Positions 1 through 13,446 of a stretch of 64,000 bases of DNA are shown here, in pieces. A program made the position numbers and the translations under genes. Under the pieces are notes generated by a model, which saw nothing but the letters and a program-made list of their open reading frames with translations, had not been told where the DNA came from and made no database searches. Position 1 is the stretch's first letter, and every line of letters starts with the position of its first letter. The DNA is from Podarcis pityusensis (taxonomy: Eukaryota): assembly GCA_964106645.2 (NCBI GenBank), contig OZ067044.1; one strand, written 5' to 3'.

Positions 1-858
1 CTTTATGCAACATAAAAAATAATATACATCGAAGAGCTGAAAATGCGAAACCTGTTCAGCTACACACAGAGCAGCTATATTAATTGACCCAAATATTTTG
101 TCAAAATGTGGCTAAATACATACGCCTTTCATATCAAATGAATATGATTTGCTGGTTATGTGAAGGGCAAAATATAATGACTCATTCAACCTATTGGCTA
201 ATGAAGATTAAATAAAAGATTATTAATGAAGAGGCAAAAGCTATAAGTTGGTTTAGCTATGTATGTGAAACTCAATAAAAAATTAGATTTGTTTTGTATC
301 ATATTTGATAAAATTTCACTTATCTTCCACACAGAAGTGTGTGTAGAGGAAATGAAATACCACATGACTGCCCTAAACTACTTCACTTTGTCACCTGCTG
401 TGAGCAAAATTGACTGGCTTTTTTTTTTTAATCTCATAAAGAACGCCACAGGAGAAAGAACTACAGGGAGAAGAAGTGCACTCTGTGATGCCTTGTATTT
501 TGACACACAATGTAACAGATGACAATTCAAAAAGGGGAAAAGACTGCAATCCTACACACACTTCCCCAGGACTAAGTCCCATTGAATTCAATAGCACTTA
601 CTTCATAGTAGATATACACAAGATTTCGCTGTTAAACACTGGAATTGCAGCATCTTGGATGTGTAAAGTAAAATACATCATTATTTGTTTAAAAAAATCA
701 ATTAGTACAAATAAGATCAATATAGTGATGCTAGCTGGGAAGAAAGTGTAACACCTGACAGTGTGTTACGAGTTGCCTTAAAGAGCTCTTTTTTAAGCAG
801 AATAAAAAGAAAAACTGGTTCCAAACGAGGGACATTCTAAGCCATTCCAAGTGCAATG

Positions 859-1105
859 TGTTATGTACTGAAGTTCTCACCCTGGGCCAGCAGGGGGATC
901 CTGTAGATAGTTATGCAAATGAAGGATCGAAAGTGACATTCAGTGATCGGATAGTTTTAGAATGTTGCTACAGTTACATTGTTCTGGAGCTCTATATAAG
1001 CAGGCTGACTGAACTATTCAGTTTAGTTCTGTTCTGGCCTTTGAATAAACAAGAGCTGTTTGAAGAATCGCTGTGTCGCCTGATATGTTCGCCCACAACT
1101 TAACA
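859..1105 (+). mobile_element. Solo LTR (Gypsy/BEL-like LTR retrotransposon), 247 bp
   Basis: TGTTA...TAACA termini; 5-bp TSD CAATG (854-858, 1106-1110); internal TATATAA (~993) followed by AATAAA (~1044). Confidence 0.85.
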
Positions 1106-1329
1106 CAATGCAATTCAGAATGCTGAACTCAGGTAACCAAATATGAAAAACAATTATGGTTATTTCATTAGAACTCATGATTAGTGAGGCCTTTGCAATG
1201 TATTTTGCTGAGCAGTTAGTTCATATCCCTGCCTGATATTTTTGAATGATATAAACTAGAATCCTAAACAAGCCAGGTTATGGATGTTATTACCCTTTTA
1301 TAATGACAACACATTTGTATAGGGAAGTT

Positions 1330-1452
1330 GTTTTACTGTTCAGTGTTTTATTATGTTTTTATATATGTTGGAAGCCACCCAGAGTAGCTGGGGCAACACA
1401 AGTCAAATCAGCGGGGCACAAACAATAAAATTATTTTTATTTTATTTTATTT
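1330..1452 (+). mobile_element. 3' tail of an L2-type retroelement
   Basis: GCCACCCAGAGTAGCTGGGGCAAC...GCGGGGCACAAACAATAAAATT followed by a (TTTTA)n tail; recalled as a common lizard LINE 3' end. Confidence 0.5.
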
Positions 1453-1899
1453 TGGTGAATATTGTTAACATAACTCTAAAATAAAATGAAACCAAATTCA
1501 CTGGTAAAATATTGGAGAAACTGGTTTTTCTAAACACCCTCAAAACAATTAAAAAGGTGCAAAATTCAGATTTCAAACAGATTCAATGTCACTGACTAGA
1601 GGGAAGTTTGCAGTGGATTGTTTGGCACCAAGGATGAATATATTTATAGTTTCTCCTGTGTCATATTGATGCGATGTGACAAATTAAGAAAAACTTGGAA
1701 GCAATTCTCACTTCAAAACAACAGCTTGCGGGAAATCCTTAGAGAGAGAAAATACCACTAAACCCAAAATGAGCCCTAACGAGTCACAGGTATTTTGATA
1801 TAATATTACAAAAGTTCTCTCCTAATGGACCCACACAATTGCAAACAATCTAATCCATCATTTCCCAATGAATTTCTTTTTCTGTGCGTGTGTTTAATC

Positions 1900-2203
1900 T
1901 ATTTGGCTACCCTGTTAAAGACATTACCTTTGTTTTAAAAAGGAACAGAGGTCACTAGCACGGGATACTCCTAGATCCAACACTGTCCCTTGAGGCTCAG
2001 GAGGCCTCAGTGGCAAAGAGTGACTATTTCCAGCTGTGATAAAGTCACCAGATGCAGTTCTTTTTGGACAGAGAAGACTTTGCCATTGCACTCCATGCTC
2101 CGTTAACTTCCAGACTGGATGGTTGCAGAGCACTGCGTGGGGCTGCCAATGAAGACAACCCAGAAACTTCCATTGGTTCAAAATACAGATGCCCAGTTAC
2201 TGG
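1900..2203 (+). mobile_element. Degenerate L2 LINE ORF2 fragment
   Basis: Translates across frameshifts as QMQFFLDREDFAIALHAPLTSRLDGCRAL..GLPMKTTQKLPLVQN, resembling the L2 motif LRPFLD...HALVTSRLDYCNALYxGLPLKT.RKLQLVQN. Confidence 0.7.
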
Positions 2204-3349
2204 TCGGCCCTTGCCACTGATGCTACTGGAGGAATGCCACCCCCACCAGAGCGAAGCCAAGCCGCGCTGAGCCACCTGCCCACCTGGGCAGGGGGGAGCC
2301 TGGGCAACCAATGTGGCCTTTGGTAAGCGAAGAGGAGCACCTGGTGAGGCTATGTTGGGGTTGCCTGGTTCACACCCACTCAAAAATTGTGTGCCTGGGG
2401 CCACGGCACCACCCCCCACCCCACGCTATGCCCCTAACTGGGTTAGATTACTTCCTCAAGTGGATTGTGATATTATATTGTGCACAGTTGCAGCATAACC
2501 TCACATATCCCCAAACGACTTCCCCACCCCCAATTTCCCACTGGTTCTATAAGTAGCGTATTTGGGCTAAAAAGAAAATGAGTCAACAGGTTTCTTTTTC
2601 ATGCTGCAAATTTTGTCCAGTTGATTTCCCTGAAACGGAATAAATTACAGTAAATGAAGAAGAGAGATTCGTCAGCTCTTTTAGGCAAGCAGTTCCTCCA
2701 GTCTGATGTGCTAGAATCTAAAGTGCTACATGATAATTTATGTTGCATTTATGTTGAGCTGATTCAAATTAATAACCTCTCTAGCAATACTAAAGACTGC
2801 TGTAAATTATAGAATGAATATAATCTGCATCAAGGCTGTCCCTAAGAAAAAGCAGTCAAGTTGTGCATAGCAGCCTTAACTAATCATTTTATTAGCTATT
2901 GTTAGATGGCCAAATAAACTCTGGGAGAAGATAATGTCCCTAGGCACAAATGAACAAACTCAACTATAAAGTATCTATTGACATGTATTATGAAATTACT
3001 TGGATTAAGATAATAAGCCCATACAGCCATTGGTTCTCTTGTGCATTCTACCACAAATTAGCAGTTAAATGAATGGCAAAAAATTGCTTACCTCTTGGTA
3101 GTTGGATATAGATGAACAAACTGTCCTGGAACAAAATAACTCATCACAGGTTAGTTTAGACATTTGTATTGCTGCATAGTTCCATCTTCCAGAGTCAAAC
3201 TTTTTCAATGAAACTCCAGGACAAGCATTCTGTAAACCACTTTGAGGTTTTTTATACAATCAAGTCATCATGTGGATCTAGTTAAAGGGTTAAGCAATAA
3301 AATGGTGATATGAAGTGGTATGTGGTCCTGATAATGAAGTTTATAATAG

Positions 3350-4155
3350 GGTTACGTGCCACCCCAATCTCTGCCGAGTGATGTGAAATTCCAGGGGTCT
3401 TAGGACTTAACCAGAGTTTGTGTTTCTTTTGGGGAAAATGAGGCACAGCAGAGACTATAGTGTCTTTAAGTTCTATGGTTTTATTTACACACACATATAT
3501 ACACCTTAGTCTTGATGGAAGGAGTATATTACAACCCAAGAGTGTCTCTGGTTGCTTCTCCCATACCTTTGGCAAGCTTGGGTCCAGAGCGGAAGCCAGC
3601 CATGCTTCCCAGTCTCTTGGTACAGCCACTCCATGCCAATCTGCACGGAGTTCTGCCCACTTCCTGCTTCTTCCTTCCATAAACTCTTGCCAAAATGTGA
3701 CTTCCCCTTCCGCTTACATCATCACCAGAGGTGCCAGCTTCTCAGGAGGATAGATGGTGCCCGATGTCAAATGTGTGACATTGCAAGGAGCCTGGGGAGG
3801 AGCTGAACGTCCTCAGTATATTGAGGGAGCACGGCCCGCTCAAAAAACAATTGGGTGGCCCAAAGGGCCTCAGCCCCCAGGAGCTGGCATCTATGATCCT
3901 CACCCACTGTAACCCTGGCAGCTTCCTCCTCCGTGCCTGACCGTGTCTTCTTTTTGTTAATGAATTGCATTAATGGGTTAATGACTGCCCATTTCAGCCT
4001 TTGTTTCTTAATGGCTTATACCTGGTTAACTACGTCAAGCTGGCATGGCCTATTATCTTAAACTTAATCAAGCAGTGTTTGGCACAGTTTTACTCAAATT
4101 TTTATTAATTCTCACTTTACTAATTTTGGGAATTATGGGTGACTTGCACCCATAG
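3350..4155 (-). mobile_element. ERV-like LTR (probable solo LTR)
   Basis: Clearly homologous to 47800-48080 (GCCACCCCAATCT...TTCCAGGGGTCT...CTTAACCAG...GTGTCTTTAAG...TTTATTTACACA...CCCAAGAGTGTCTCT...GAAGCCAGCCATGCTT). TTTATT gives AATAAA on the minus strand. No clean TSD, so boundaries are approximate. Confidence 0.55.
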
Positions 4156-4680
4156 CTCTGGTACCCAACTGTGGTCCTGATAATGTAGCCACATGGTTTC
4201 ATCCTAAATTCCTCAGTTGCTCTGGTCAGTGTTATAAAATTGTTAAGATGAAAGGTGATACATAATATCATTACTCCAGAGGCCTTGCTCATGTTCGTGA
4301 TGCTATAGTCTTAATCTACAGTGAGGTGGGTGGCATATCTTTATTTAGTTAAAGGTAAAGCAGAGCAGATTTGTATCCTAAGGAACTAGTTGCCCTAGTC
4401 TTGTAGTCAGAAACAGTTTCCATAGTTGTAGAAACTTTGAGAGAATGCTCTTGGTAGTAATAATTTTTCATCTATAATCAATGAGTTATGTCTTTCGAGA
4501 TACATGCGGGTATTCCAGTTCTTTTCAGAAAATGGCCTTTCTTTAATCTACTTAATGCAAAAGGTTACAACACCCCATCTGACTGCTGCATTTGAAAATA
4601 GGCTTTCCTTTTAAAAAAGGAAAGAGTGCCACCTATCTGCAGATTTAAAAACTCAAATTTTGCTAAGGTGCACTTTAAAT

Positions 4681-4690
4681 AATAATAATA

Positions 4691-4745
<55 letters not shown>
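4681..4745. repeat. (AAT)n/(ATT)n microsatellite
   Basis: Directly visible. Confidence 0.95.
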
Positions 4746-4746
<1 letters not shown>

Positions 4747-4886
4747 AATTGTACTTTGATACTGCTGCAGGATTTTCTTTTAATATTTAATCATACTACC
4801 ACTGGTCAATTTTTAGAAAACATTCTGGTTCAAGTCAAATTGAGACTCACAGTATCATTCCACTGTGCCAAATAAATAAATAACTG

Positions 4887-5005
4887 GTGCAGTCCAGATA
4901 TTGTGGGACTCCAATTCCCATTAACCTCAGCCATTACAGTCAATGTTCAAGGATGATGGGAGTTGTAGTCCAGACGTTGGGAAGGCATCAGGCTGGTGAT
5001 GGATG
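4887..5005. mobile_element. Palindromic MITE-like repeat (GGACTACAACTCCCA...TGGGAGTTGTAGTCC family)
   Basis: Internal inverted repeat. Related degraded copies at ~10943-11030, 13600-13680, 17325-17400, 22853-22975, 31058-31180, 42888-43013 and 54820-54960. Confidence 0.6.
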
Positions 5006-5758
5006 GAGTAGGGTTATATCCCACAGTGGTCTTCCTCTGGAACTGCTGACTGAGAATAATGATTTGTGCACCTAGCCAAGTCAGTTCTAGAACAAGAAAG
5101 CTAAAGTCACAATAAATTTGTTAGTCTTTAAGGTGCCACTTGGTTATTCAGGGGTGCAACAGAAGGTGAATTTGACTTGAAGGGGAAAAAGAACTGCTCT
5201 TCTTGAGGATGACAGGTGCTTTGAAGGCAGCATGACTGATGGTCATGTACCAAGGAGAACAGAGGAGCTAAAGATTGCAGGCAGAACATCCTTGTTAAGG
5301 ATTTCTGTGTATTATACATTATGGCCAATGAATCCTTCTTTAATTACCTAAATACTTTTCAGAAGAATTCTCATTTAGTAGGTGGATACATGTTTAGCAA
5401 TAGGATCTTTTTTCCCCTTTAAAAAAGGAGCAACTGCAAATACCTTTTTATGTGACTGGAAAATTACCCTGGTCATTGAAATGGGGATGCTTAATTTAGC
5501 ACAGTGGCTAAATGCCAAATCGGTTAACTAAATTATGCCTGTGTACAGTCTTCTCATAGCTTTTGTTGTAATCTGCTGCAGTTTCAGCCTTCAATTATTT
5601 GTGGGCTCATAGAAAAACACTGCCAGAAGGTACCATCATTTGAATGCTGCATAAAACACGACCAAGAAGATGGTCTCATATGATGGCATTGGTTACAATA
5701 TCCACGCCCCTATCTGAAGCTTGACTAAGTTGAATGACTGCCTAAATGGGGAAGGATG

Positions 5759-6245
5759 CAGTGCCGGATTTATGTATAGGCTAAGTAGGCTGAAGCCTAG
5801 GGCCTCTAAATCTAGAGGGCCTCACCAGCCCGCCCACTCCCCAGCAGGTCGTCTCCCCTCTCCCAAAATTGCAAACCCAAGACTTCATGCAAGGGCAGGG
5901 CAACTCGGGCCTCTAAATCTAGGGGGCCTCGCCATCCTGCCCGCTTCCCAGTGCCGCAGTCTCCCCTCTCCCAAAAATTGTAAACCCAAGACTTCATGCA
6001 AGGGCAGGGCTTCTCAGGCCCAGCAACTATGAGACTCAGGGCTAGCCAGTGGGGCCCAATTTGAAGCAGTGGGGTGCAACTTGATTATTTTTTTTTGTAG
6101 GGTCCCAGTTCACAGCCAAAGCCTGCAAAATCTTATAGATATAAATAAAATCCATCTAGATTGCCCTTGTGCGGGGGGCCCCTTAGGAGCGGCACAGGGG
6201 GCCCAATTTGGCCAAATTGCTCCAATTGCCCTAAGGTCAGCCCTG
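5759..6245. mobile_element. hAT-like non-autonomous element with an internal ~107-bp tandem duplication
   Basis: CAGTGCCGG...TCAGCCCTG ends; repeat units at 5801-5901 and 5908-6010. TSD not evident. Confidence 0.5.
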
Positions 6246-9200
6246 ATGAGACTGTGCAGGGGTTGGACTGACAAGCCCTGCACCTTCTAGGTTCCTGGTG
6301 TCACTATTCAGAGTACAGACTCAAAGACTTGTTATGAAAATGGGGGGGGGGGCTTATTGGAAATCAGTTTTGTCACCTCTCCCCTCCCCCAAACCCCAAG
6401 CCAATGAGCCCAGCCACCTTTTATTCCCAGTCCCATAAGCACTACACTACAGCATGGCCATAAACCTGTACGTTCAACCGCTGAAATATACACCCAATAT
6501 GTAGCAATGGAAATTTATGTTACTGCATTATTAATGAACACTGTGTTTTATGAATGGACTCAGTGTTTTGTGAATTACCTAAGAGCCACCAATAGGGAGC
6601 TCTAGAATCTGACAGCTAACCAGTTGGGTACTACCAAACAGTGACCCCTATTGCTGAAAGCAGGTAACTAGCAGGGAATGCTTCAGCTCAGCCTTTGCAC
6701 TGTTGACTGAACACCCTCTGCTGTGCAGATAATGGAGAAAGCTCATAAATTGTATCCCTTCTGGCATCCTGGCCAACTCTATTACACAGGTGTAAACCCT
6801 AGTGCACCAGAAGCCCAGAATAGCAGCAAATAAAATCCGCTCATACGTCAGCGACTGATAAGACTTGTTAACCAGTTCTTCCAAAGTCTTCCTAAATTAT
6901 AAAGCTCCAAAATACAGGCCAAAAGAGAGCAGGTCTAGGAAGAGCGAGGCATACAATGGGCACTACCAGTGAAAAGGCCCTGCTCTGTGTAGCTCCTGCC
7001 CTATCATTTGATAGGATGCCCACTTCCCCTTCTTCTTGATGTGGAATGCTCTCTATTGGAGTCTCCAGGTCCAGTACAAAGACCATAAGAAGGGAGAGCA
7101 GGGACCTTGAAGTTCCCAACAACTGTTAATCAAGCAAGCACATAGGTCACCTTTGTCACAGTCAGGATGCCTATGTCCTGGCCAGGCCTGCACCCAATCT
7201 TGTTTTTGTACAATCTTGTTTGTCCTCAGTAACCAAAATTATATTAACATACAAGCAGAAAAGTTGTTTTCCTTCATTTGCAAGGAATCGTACAAAACAA
7301 AGTGGCACTAATAAAGAAAAGTTCCAGGGTGGCAACAGAAAGCAAACTGAAAATGCTTTTGCAGTTCATCAAAACTATCCAGCAATATCAAGTAATAGGA
7401 AAACTGGTTCTATTAACAGTAATCCTTCTAGCTGGTTAATTGGTTCGGCAACTTTCATGCACATGACGTGTGATACTAATTATTTCCCCCAAGAGTTAAA
7501 TGATAACTAATCAAAGGCAGCACAGTTGCAAATGGCAACAAAATATCTGTGAAAGGAAGAGGAGCACGTTTGCTCAAGTGTGTTGCAGGTAGAAATACTC
7601 TTTGTAATAAGTGAGAGCAGTAGTTTACTTGCTCAAATTAACAAGTAAGAAAGTTTTCAGAATTTAAATTCTAGATTAAAATTGATTACTTAATTGAGAA
7701 GGGGATTGTAAGAAAAACACTGGGACCTAATTTGAATTGTAGAGTGCCTGGTATCTGGTGGGCAGACCAAAGCACTTGTCAGGAGAGCTATGAGATTCAG
7801 GTGAGGGTCAAATGCCTTGTCAATCCCAGCAGGTATATAACAGGAAGACCCGGCCTGCCCAGGCCAATTCCTTACCAAGAGGAACTTTTGTAAATCCTGA
7901 CAGCAGAGGTTTCCAAAAGTTTTGGGCCAATGGGCACATATACAAACCAGAGAACCTGTCATTGGCACTATGCACATACCATAGCTACACACACCCCTAA
8001 ACCACACACACACTGCAATCATACACACACATCACAAACACATGCACACATGCATGCTGCCCCCATAGCATTTTTTGGCAGGGGATTTACTAGCTGGGAA
8101 GATGAGAGTTAACCCTTCCCTTCCCAACTGCAACCCTCACCGCTGAATCTCCCCCACCATAAATAGCATTGAAGGAAGCTTTGTTTTGGGTACAATAAAG
8201 AGCTTCTTTGAAGCCTAACTGCAGTAGGTGGAGGAAAAATGAGACCCTGCAGACACCAGGGAAGACCTCTGCAGAGACATGTGGTCTGTGGGCACCAGGC
8301 TGATGACCTATATCTATAGTGTTTGTGGTTGTAACATTATTTTATGTCAAGTATACTGCTGTGGTGGATTTACTGACACATGCTCTATTGCAAATTCATG
8401 CAACTAGCCCAGGAACTACTTGTGAAAGACCATTTAAAAACTGAATTGCTTGCATCTTCTATATGAAACCCTATTAAAATGAACAGTGACAGGGAGATTT
8501 CTTTAGAAGAAGAATTTTCCCCATAATTGAGGCTTTTCTTTTTTCCTATCAGGTTACAGCAATAACCATCATCTCCTAACAGTATATTTCTCAGATTTAT
8601 TGTAATTCAGTGACGTAGAAGCTGTTCTTTTTAAAAGTGAGTTGAGAAAATATATCAGATAAAATCTGAACTCTCAGAATGAATTTCATTTTTATCATAT
8701 TAAGAAGCTGCATTTTTTGTTTCAGCTTGTAACGGGGCGGGAAACCAGCTGGATTAAAAGAACCTGGTTTGATAAATGCTTAATAGCATACTTTTTCTCT
8801 TCTGTGCTCATAAATCGGTGTATAATGTTCCTTGAAATTCAATAATTATAAGAAAGGCCACGGTTTGTATGGTAATCAGTACATGTGACCCAACGGGAGA
8901 ACCAAGATAAAATGTCCTCACATATTCCTTTAGCCTGAAAATCAAACTCAAATTTGGATTGATGCTATGATACTTGAGGGCCGGGTTAACCCTCGACCCC
9001 TGTACCATTTCTTTAACTGAAAAACCACCTTTCTTCTACCAGTATTCATTTCACAGTGAAAAGTACCACATGGGTAACCATCAGTTCCCCTCTTCTGTAG
9101 TTTGTAGAAGCTGCTGAGTAGGATTTGTTTTGGGGGAAAATTTCAATGGGGGAATTCCCACTTAATCACATGCTATAATGAAACTCCAGTGTAAGTGGTT

Positions 9201-9352
9201 CCCACAAGGGAGCTGCAGAAAGAAGGTGGTTGGTCAAGAGCACCATGACTTCAAATAGGTGTAGGGCTTCCTCCTGAGCCTTTTCTCCCAAAGATGTTCC
9301 GCATGACAGTGGATAAAGGACATTAAGTTCCATTGATTCCAGTGAAGAGATA

Positions 9353-9519
9353 TTGTATTTTTCCATGTATAAGACTATATTTTCCCCCCAATTTTTTAAA
9401 GTTTAAAATTAGGGGTTGTCTTATACACGGAATGTTGCAATTATTTATTTCTTAATTTGGGGCTCAAAAAATAAGGGTCGTCTTATACATGGGGGCATCT
9501 TATACACAGAAAAATACGG
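9353..9519. mobile_element. Tc1/mariner (Tc2/pogo-like) MITE
   Basis: TA|TTGTATTTTTCCATGTATAAGAC ... CTTATACACAGAAAAATACGG|TA: terminal inverted repeats of the CCGTATTT type with TA flanks. Confidence 0.75.
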
Positions 9520-10692
9520 TATTTTAATGTGCTTAACACTGCTACTAAAATAGATGAGACTTTAAGTCAGATAGATCATGCCCTTAGGATTTTTTTTTAG
9601 AAACTAGTGTATCTCTCTATAAGATGCTGTATGGAGCTCAGTCAGCCTTAATTTTATTATCCTGTGGGGAAATAATGCAATATCATCTGAATTAAGCCAG
9701 TTTCTCACTGCACCAGAATATTTTAAGACGTTCTTAATGCAAATTTGAAATATTGAGACCCAAAGAGGCAACTTCTACTTTTCATAAGACAGCTGATGTG
9801 AATAATAAAGATATTCATACTCAGCAGTATTTCAGAGAAATATGCTCACTGGCTTCCTTGTGTAGTCTGGTGAGAAAAGTAATTGTATCGCTGCGGCTCA
9901 AAAATGCGGAAAACGCATTCATATGAGCAGTAAAAAAGATTTGGGGGCAGTAAAAAAGATTTGATTTCTCTCATCCTGTATCACAAATGGATGAAATCAA
10001 TCTGGTGCTATAGAGCGGCTGCTGCTGTTCCACTCTTATTTTGAATTGCAGCATGAAAGTGGATATAATTGTGTGGTTTAAAAGACTTCAGAGCCCATTG
10101 GAGAATTTTTTACAGACCCTTTCCTCCTATGTGCCATAGCCACTTGAACATGTGCTATTTATCTCAAATAAAGGCCTTCTATGTAAGTAGAAAATAGTTG
10201 AACACAATTACTTCTGTAGTATATTTAAGTTCTTATGTTATTTATCCCCACAACAATCCTGTGAGGTAAACTAGTCTAGTTGAGGCCCACTTACACTGAA
10301 AAGTAACCCTCCTTGACTGGACCCATGCCATGATGAATTCAGCTCTGCATTTTAACCACTTACCACCCCCAGGTACCACCTTCCTTTCTCCATAGCTTAC
10401 TTGCTGGCAGAAGCAAAACAATGAGGCCTCTCTTGAGACTTCAATTCCCTTCAGGTCTGGAAGGCTGAGACAGGAGCATCCCATGTACCAGGGACCCTGG
10501 GAAATCCGGGGCACCTGCTGTGGAGCTCAGGGTGGCCCTGGGAAACTGCTGCTTCAACATTCCAGGTGCAAAGGAATGACAAGGAGTGAACCAATCATGC
10601 CTTCCCATCATTGTCCTTACTCCTACTAAATAAGGTTAGGGCAGTAGAAAGGGATGGTGAGATAGGACCTAGGGCAGCATTCCCCAATCTGG

Positions 10693-10941
10693 CGCCAGTG
10701 TGGTGTAGTGGTTAAGAGCGGTATTCTTGTAATCTGGGGAACCGGGTTCACGTCTCTGCTCCTCCACATGCAGCTGCTGGGTGACCTTGGGCTAGTCACA
10801 CTTCCTTGAAGTCTCTCAGCCCCACTCACCTCACAGAGTGTTTGTTGTGGGAGAGGAAGGGAAAGGAGAATGCTAGCCGCTTTGAGACTCCTTCGGGTAG
10901 TGATAAAGCGGGATATCAAATCCAAACTCCTCTTCTTCTTT
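10693..10941 (+). mobile_element. tRNA-derived SINE with (TTC)n tail, inserted in a palindromic MITE
   Basis: A-box TGGTGTAGTGG, B-box-like GGTTCACGTCT, GCTGGGTGACCTTGGGC core, ends ATCAAATCCAAACTCCTCTTCTTC. Second copy at 57570-57808. Confidence 0.8.
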
Positions 10942-12003
10942 CAGATGTTTTGGACTACAACTCCCATCAGCCCTGACAACATGGCCAGTGGCAATAGATA
11001 ATGGGAGCTGTAGTCCAACACATCGGAAGATTATGATGACACCAGGTAAAGAAAGACTGACCTTGAGACTCGTAAAGCAAATGTAACTGAGAACATTGTC
11101 AGTGTTGTCCTGCCTTCTATCTTTCATTTGTCTAGATGAAAATTTCTTCTCTAAGAAAACGTCTGTCAGAGAAGCTCATATAACACATTTCTCTAGGCAT
11201 TTTTTGCTTTGCTCGTCTTCCAGAGATCTTTGCCCCAGGTGAGCAAGCTACTGTCATGTGAGGCAACCCACCAGACAGATGGCAAGTGCTGTTGGCTTTC
11301 CCACATAATAGTTGACCTCCCGCCCCAGGGCCAGTTTCAGGGCCATGGCTCCAGAACGCACTCTAAGGCAGCTACAAGCTGTTATTTCTTATGGTGTTCC
11401 AGAATTAGACAACTTCCGGTGCTCTGGGGCATTGTGGAAACTGAAAATCATGTTTTGCGACAGCCCTCTACTGTTGCCAGGGAGGCCCATGGCTGGAGAT
11501 ATCGTCATCACAGAAGAAAGCTTGAGGGAGACACTTTGCTGAGGGCTCCCTCCAAACTGGAGCTGCTCATGGTTTCTACTGCTGGACTGGTGTGATTATG
11601 GTAGAAGGGCAAGCTTCATGTGGAAATAGGCTCCCATACATAGCTTCCTTTCATGCAAAAAGTTGCCGCACATGTAATATCCCAACCTCCGGCACTCAGA
11701 GTTAGTGTATGATGAAAGTCCTTGTTGGTACAAGGCTAGTCTGAAGGAACACCTGCTGAAGAGATGGTTGGACTGTTAAACTTTGACAGCAGTGGGAGGG
11801 GGTTCATTTCAGTCAGTTATGTTTCTTCCCCCTCTCTTATTTGCTTCTCTGTTATATTTACTTTGTTCAGTCTGTGGCATTTCTTGTAAAACCAAAAACA
11901 AAATGTAGACTTCATTCACTCCCCTGCTTGTTCACTAGAACAGTGATGAAGAAACGATGTCAAAAAAGGTAACTATTGCACTAAAGGTCAGCATGTACTA
12001 CAA

Positions 12004-12018
12004 CCACTAGATGGCATC
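12004..12018 (+). promoter_or_regulatory. Candidate CTCF site CCACTAGATGGCATC
   Basis: Near-consensus CTCF core motif in apparently unique sequence; motif match only. Confidence 0.45.
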
Positions 12019-13075
12019 GATTCAGCATCTAAATTCAGGATATGGACTCTACAGTAAGCATACTTAACAAATCAAGTTCAGCAACCATATGTAAGTGGGC
12101 TTTTTAAAATTTACATTTAAAAAAATATGTTTCAGAAGACAGTGTGGTGCATATACCTTGGTTGTAGGGAGGGAAGGAAGGATGGAACTGCTAGACCAGT
12201 TGCTTGCTCAAGAGTAGCTTGACCAATCAAGTTGAACAGGCAGCATTTGGGGATGGGTGGGACTGGTAAAATGCTGGAAACTTCCAGATGCCTCCTAAGG
12301 GCTTATGAGCCTCAGATTGCCATCACTGAGGTTGCCTCAGTGTGTTCCAGGACGGATTCAAGCTCATACCAGAGATTAGGTTTTTCACAATTAATGGAGA
12401 TTACAGTAAGTAGAGCCAGAGGCGATGGCAGGCAGAGTGGGCTAATCCTAGTTTTATCTTCCTCCCTTCTGAAAGCTACAAGGGAAAACAGAGACCAAGA
12501 AAGAGGACCACGGACTGATCTTAAGCAAGGGAACTGGCAGGTGGTGGCTGACAGAGGAGAGGTGGAGGTTGATGGGGCAGTGCCCTATTTACCCTACTGT
12601 GTACAACTTCTGGAAAAGGCAACATTCCTGCTCAGAGACCCTACGCACACAACTTAACAAATTCTATGTCTGTGAAATCTGATGCAACCTGAAGTGAAGT
12701 GCTTCTGATCTGTGCTAAAATTGGACCCAGATTTTGCACTAAATTTTGTGATACAGGGTGGGAGCCAATGAAGTTTTACTTAGAGTAAATCCATTGAAGC
12801 AAATGAATTAAATTAGTCATGCACATTAATTTCAATGGGACTACTCTGAGCATGACTAACACTGGATGCAATATACAGTTTTCAGGTCTAAACAACAACC
12901 CCAGAAACATTTTAAAATGTTAATGTTAAGACAAACGTGTGCATTGTACAATTAACTTGTAAAATATGCAATATACTGTTATCAACAGTACAAAATGTAT
13001 CGCAGGTGCTGCAGTAAGGGAAATGGCAGGTTCTGTACTACCTGGTGGCCACTAGTACAATCCTATACATATCTA

Positions 13076-13446
13076 AAAAGGTAAAGGTAAAGGTACCCCT
13101 GCCCATACGGGCCAGTCGTGTCCAACTCTAGGGTTGTGCGCTCATCTCGCTTAAGAGGCCAGGGGCCAGTGCTGTCCGGAGACACTTCCGGGTCACGTGG
13201 CCAGCGTGACGAAGCTGCTCTGGCGAGCCTGCACCAGCGCAGCACACGGAAACGCTGTTTACCTTCCCGCTATAAAGCGGTACCTATTTATCTACTTGCA
13301 CTTTGACGTGCTTTCGAACTGCTAGGTGGGCAGGAGCTGGGACCGAACGACGGGAGCTCACCCCGCCGTGGGGATTCGAACCGCCAACCTTGCGATCAGC
13401 AAGTCCTAGGCACTGAGGTTTTACCCACAGCGCCACCCGCATCCCA
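13076..13446 (-). mobile_element. Sauria SINE, full length
   Basis: The minus strand begins GGGATGCGGGTGGCGCTGTGGGTAAAAC, has a GGTTCGAATCCC B-box, a Bov-B-like 3' segment and an (ACCTTT)n tail. 12-bp TSD TATACATATCTA (13064-13075, 13447-13458). Confidence 0.9.

Noticed and set aside
3321-4185. 16-bp direct repeat TGTGGTCCTGATAATG flanking the ERV-like LTR, as a TSD
   Set aside because: Too long for an integrase TSD and offset from the LTR ends; more likely a pre-existing local duplication.
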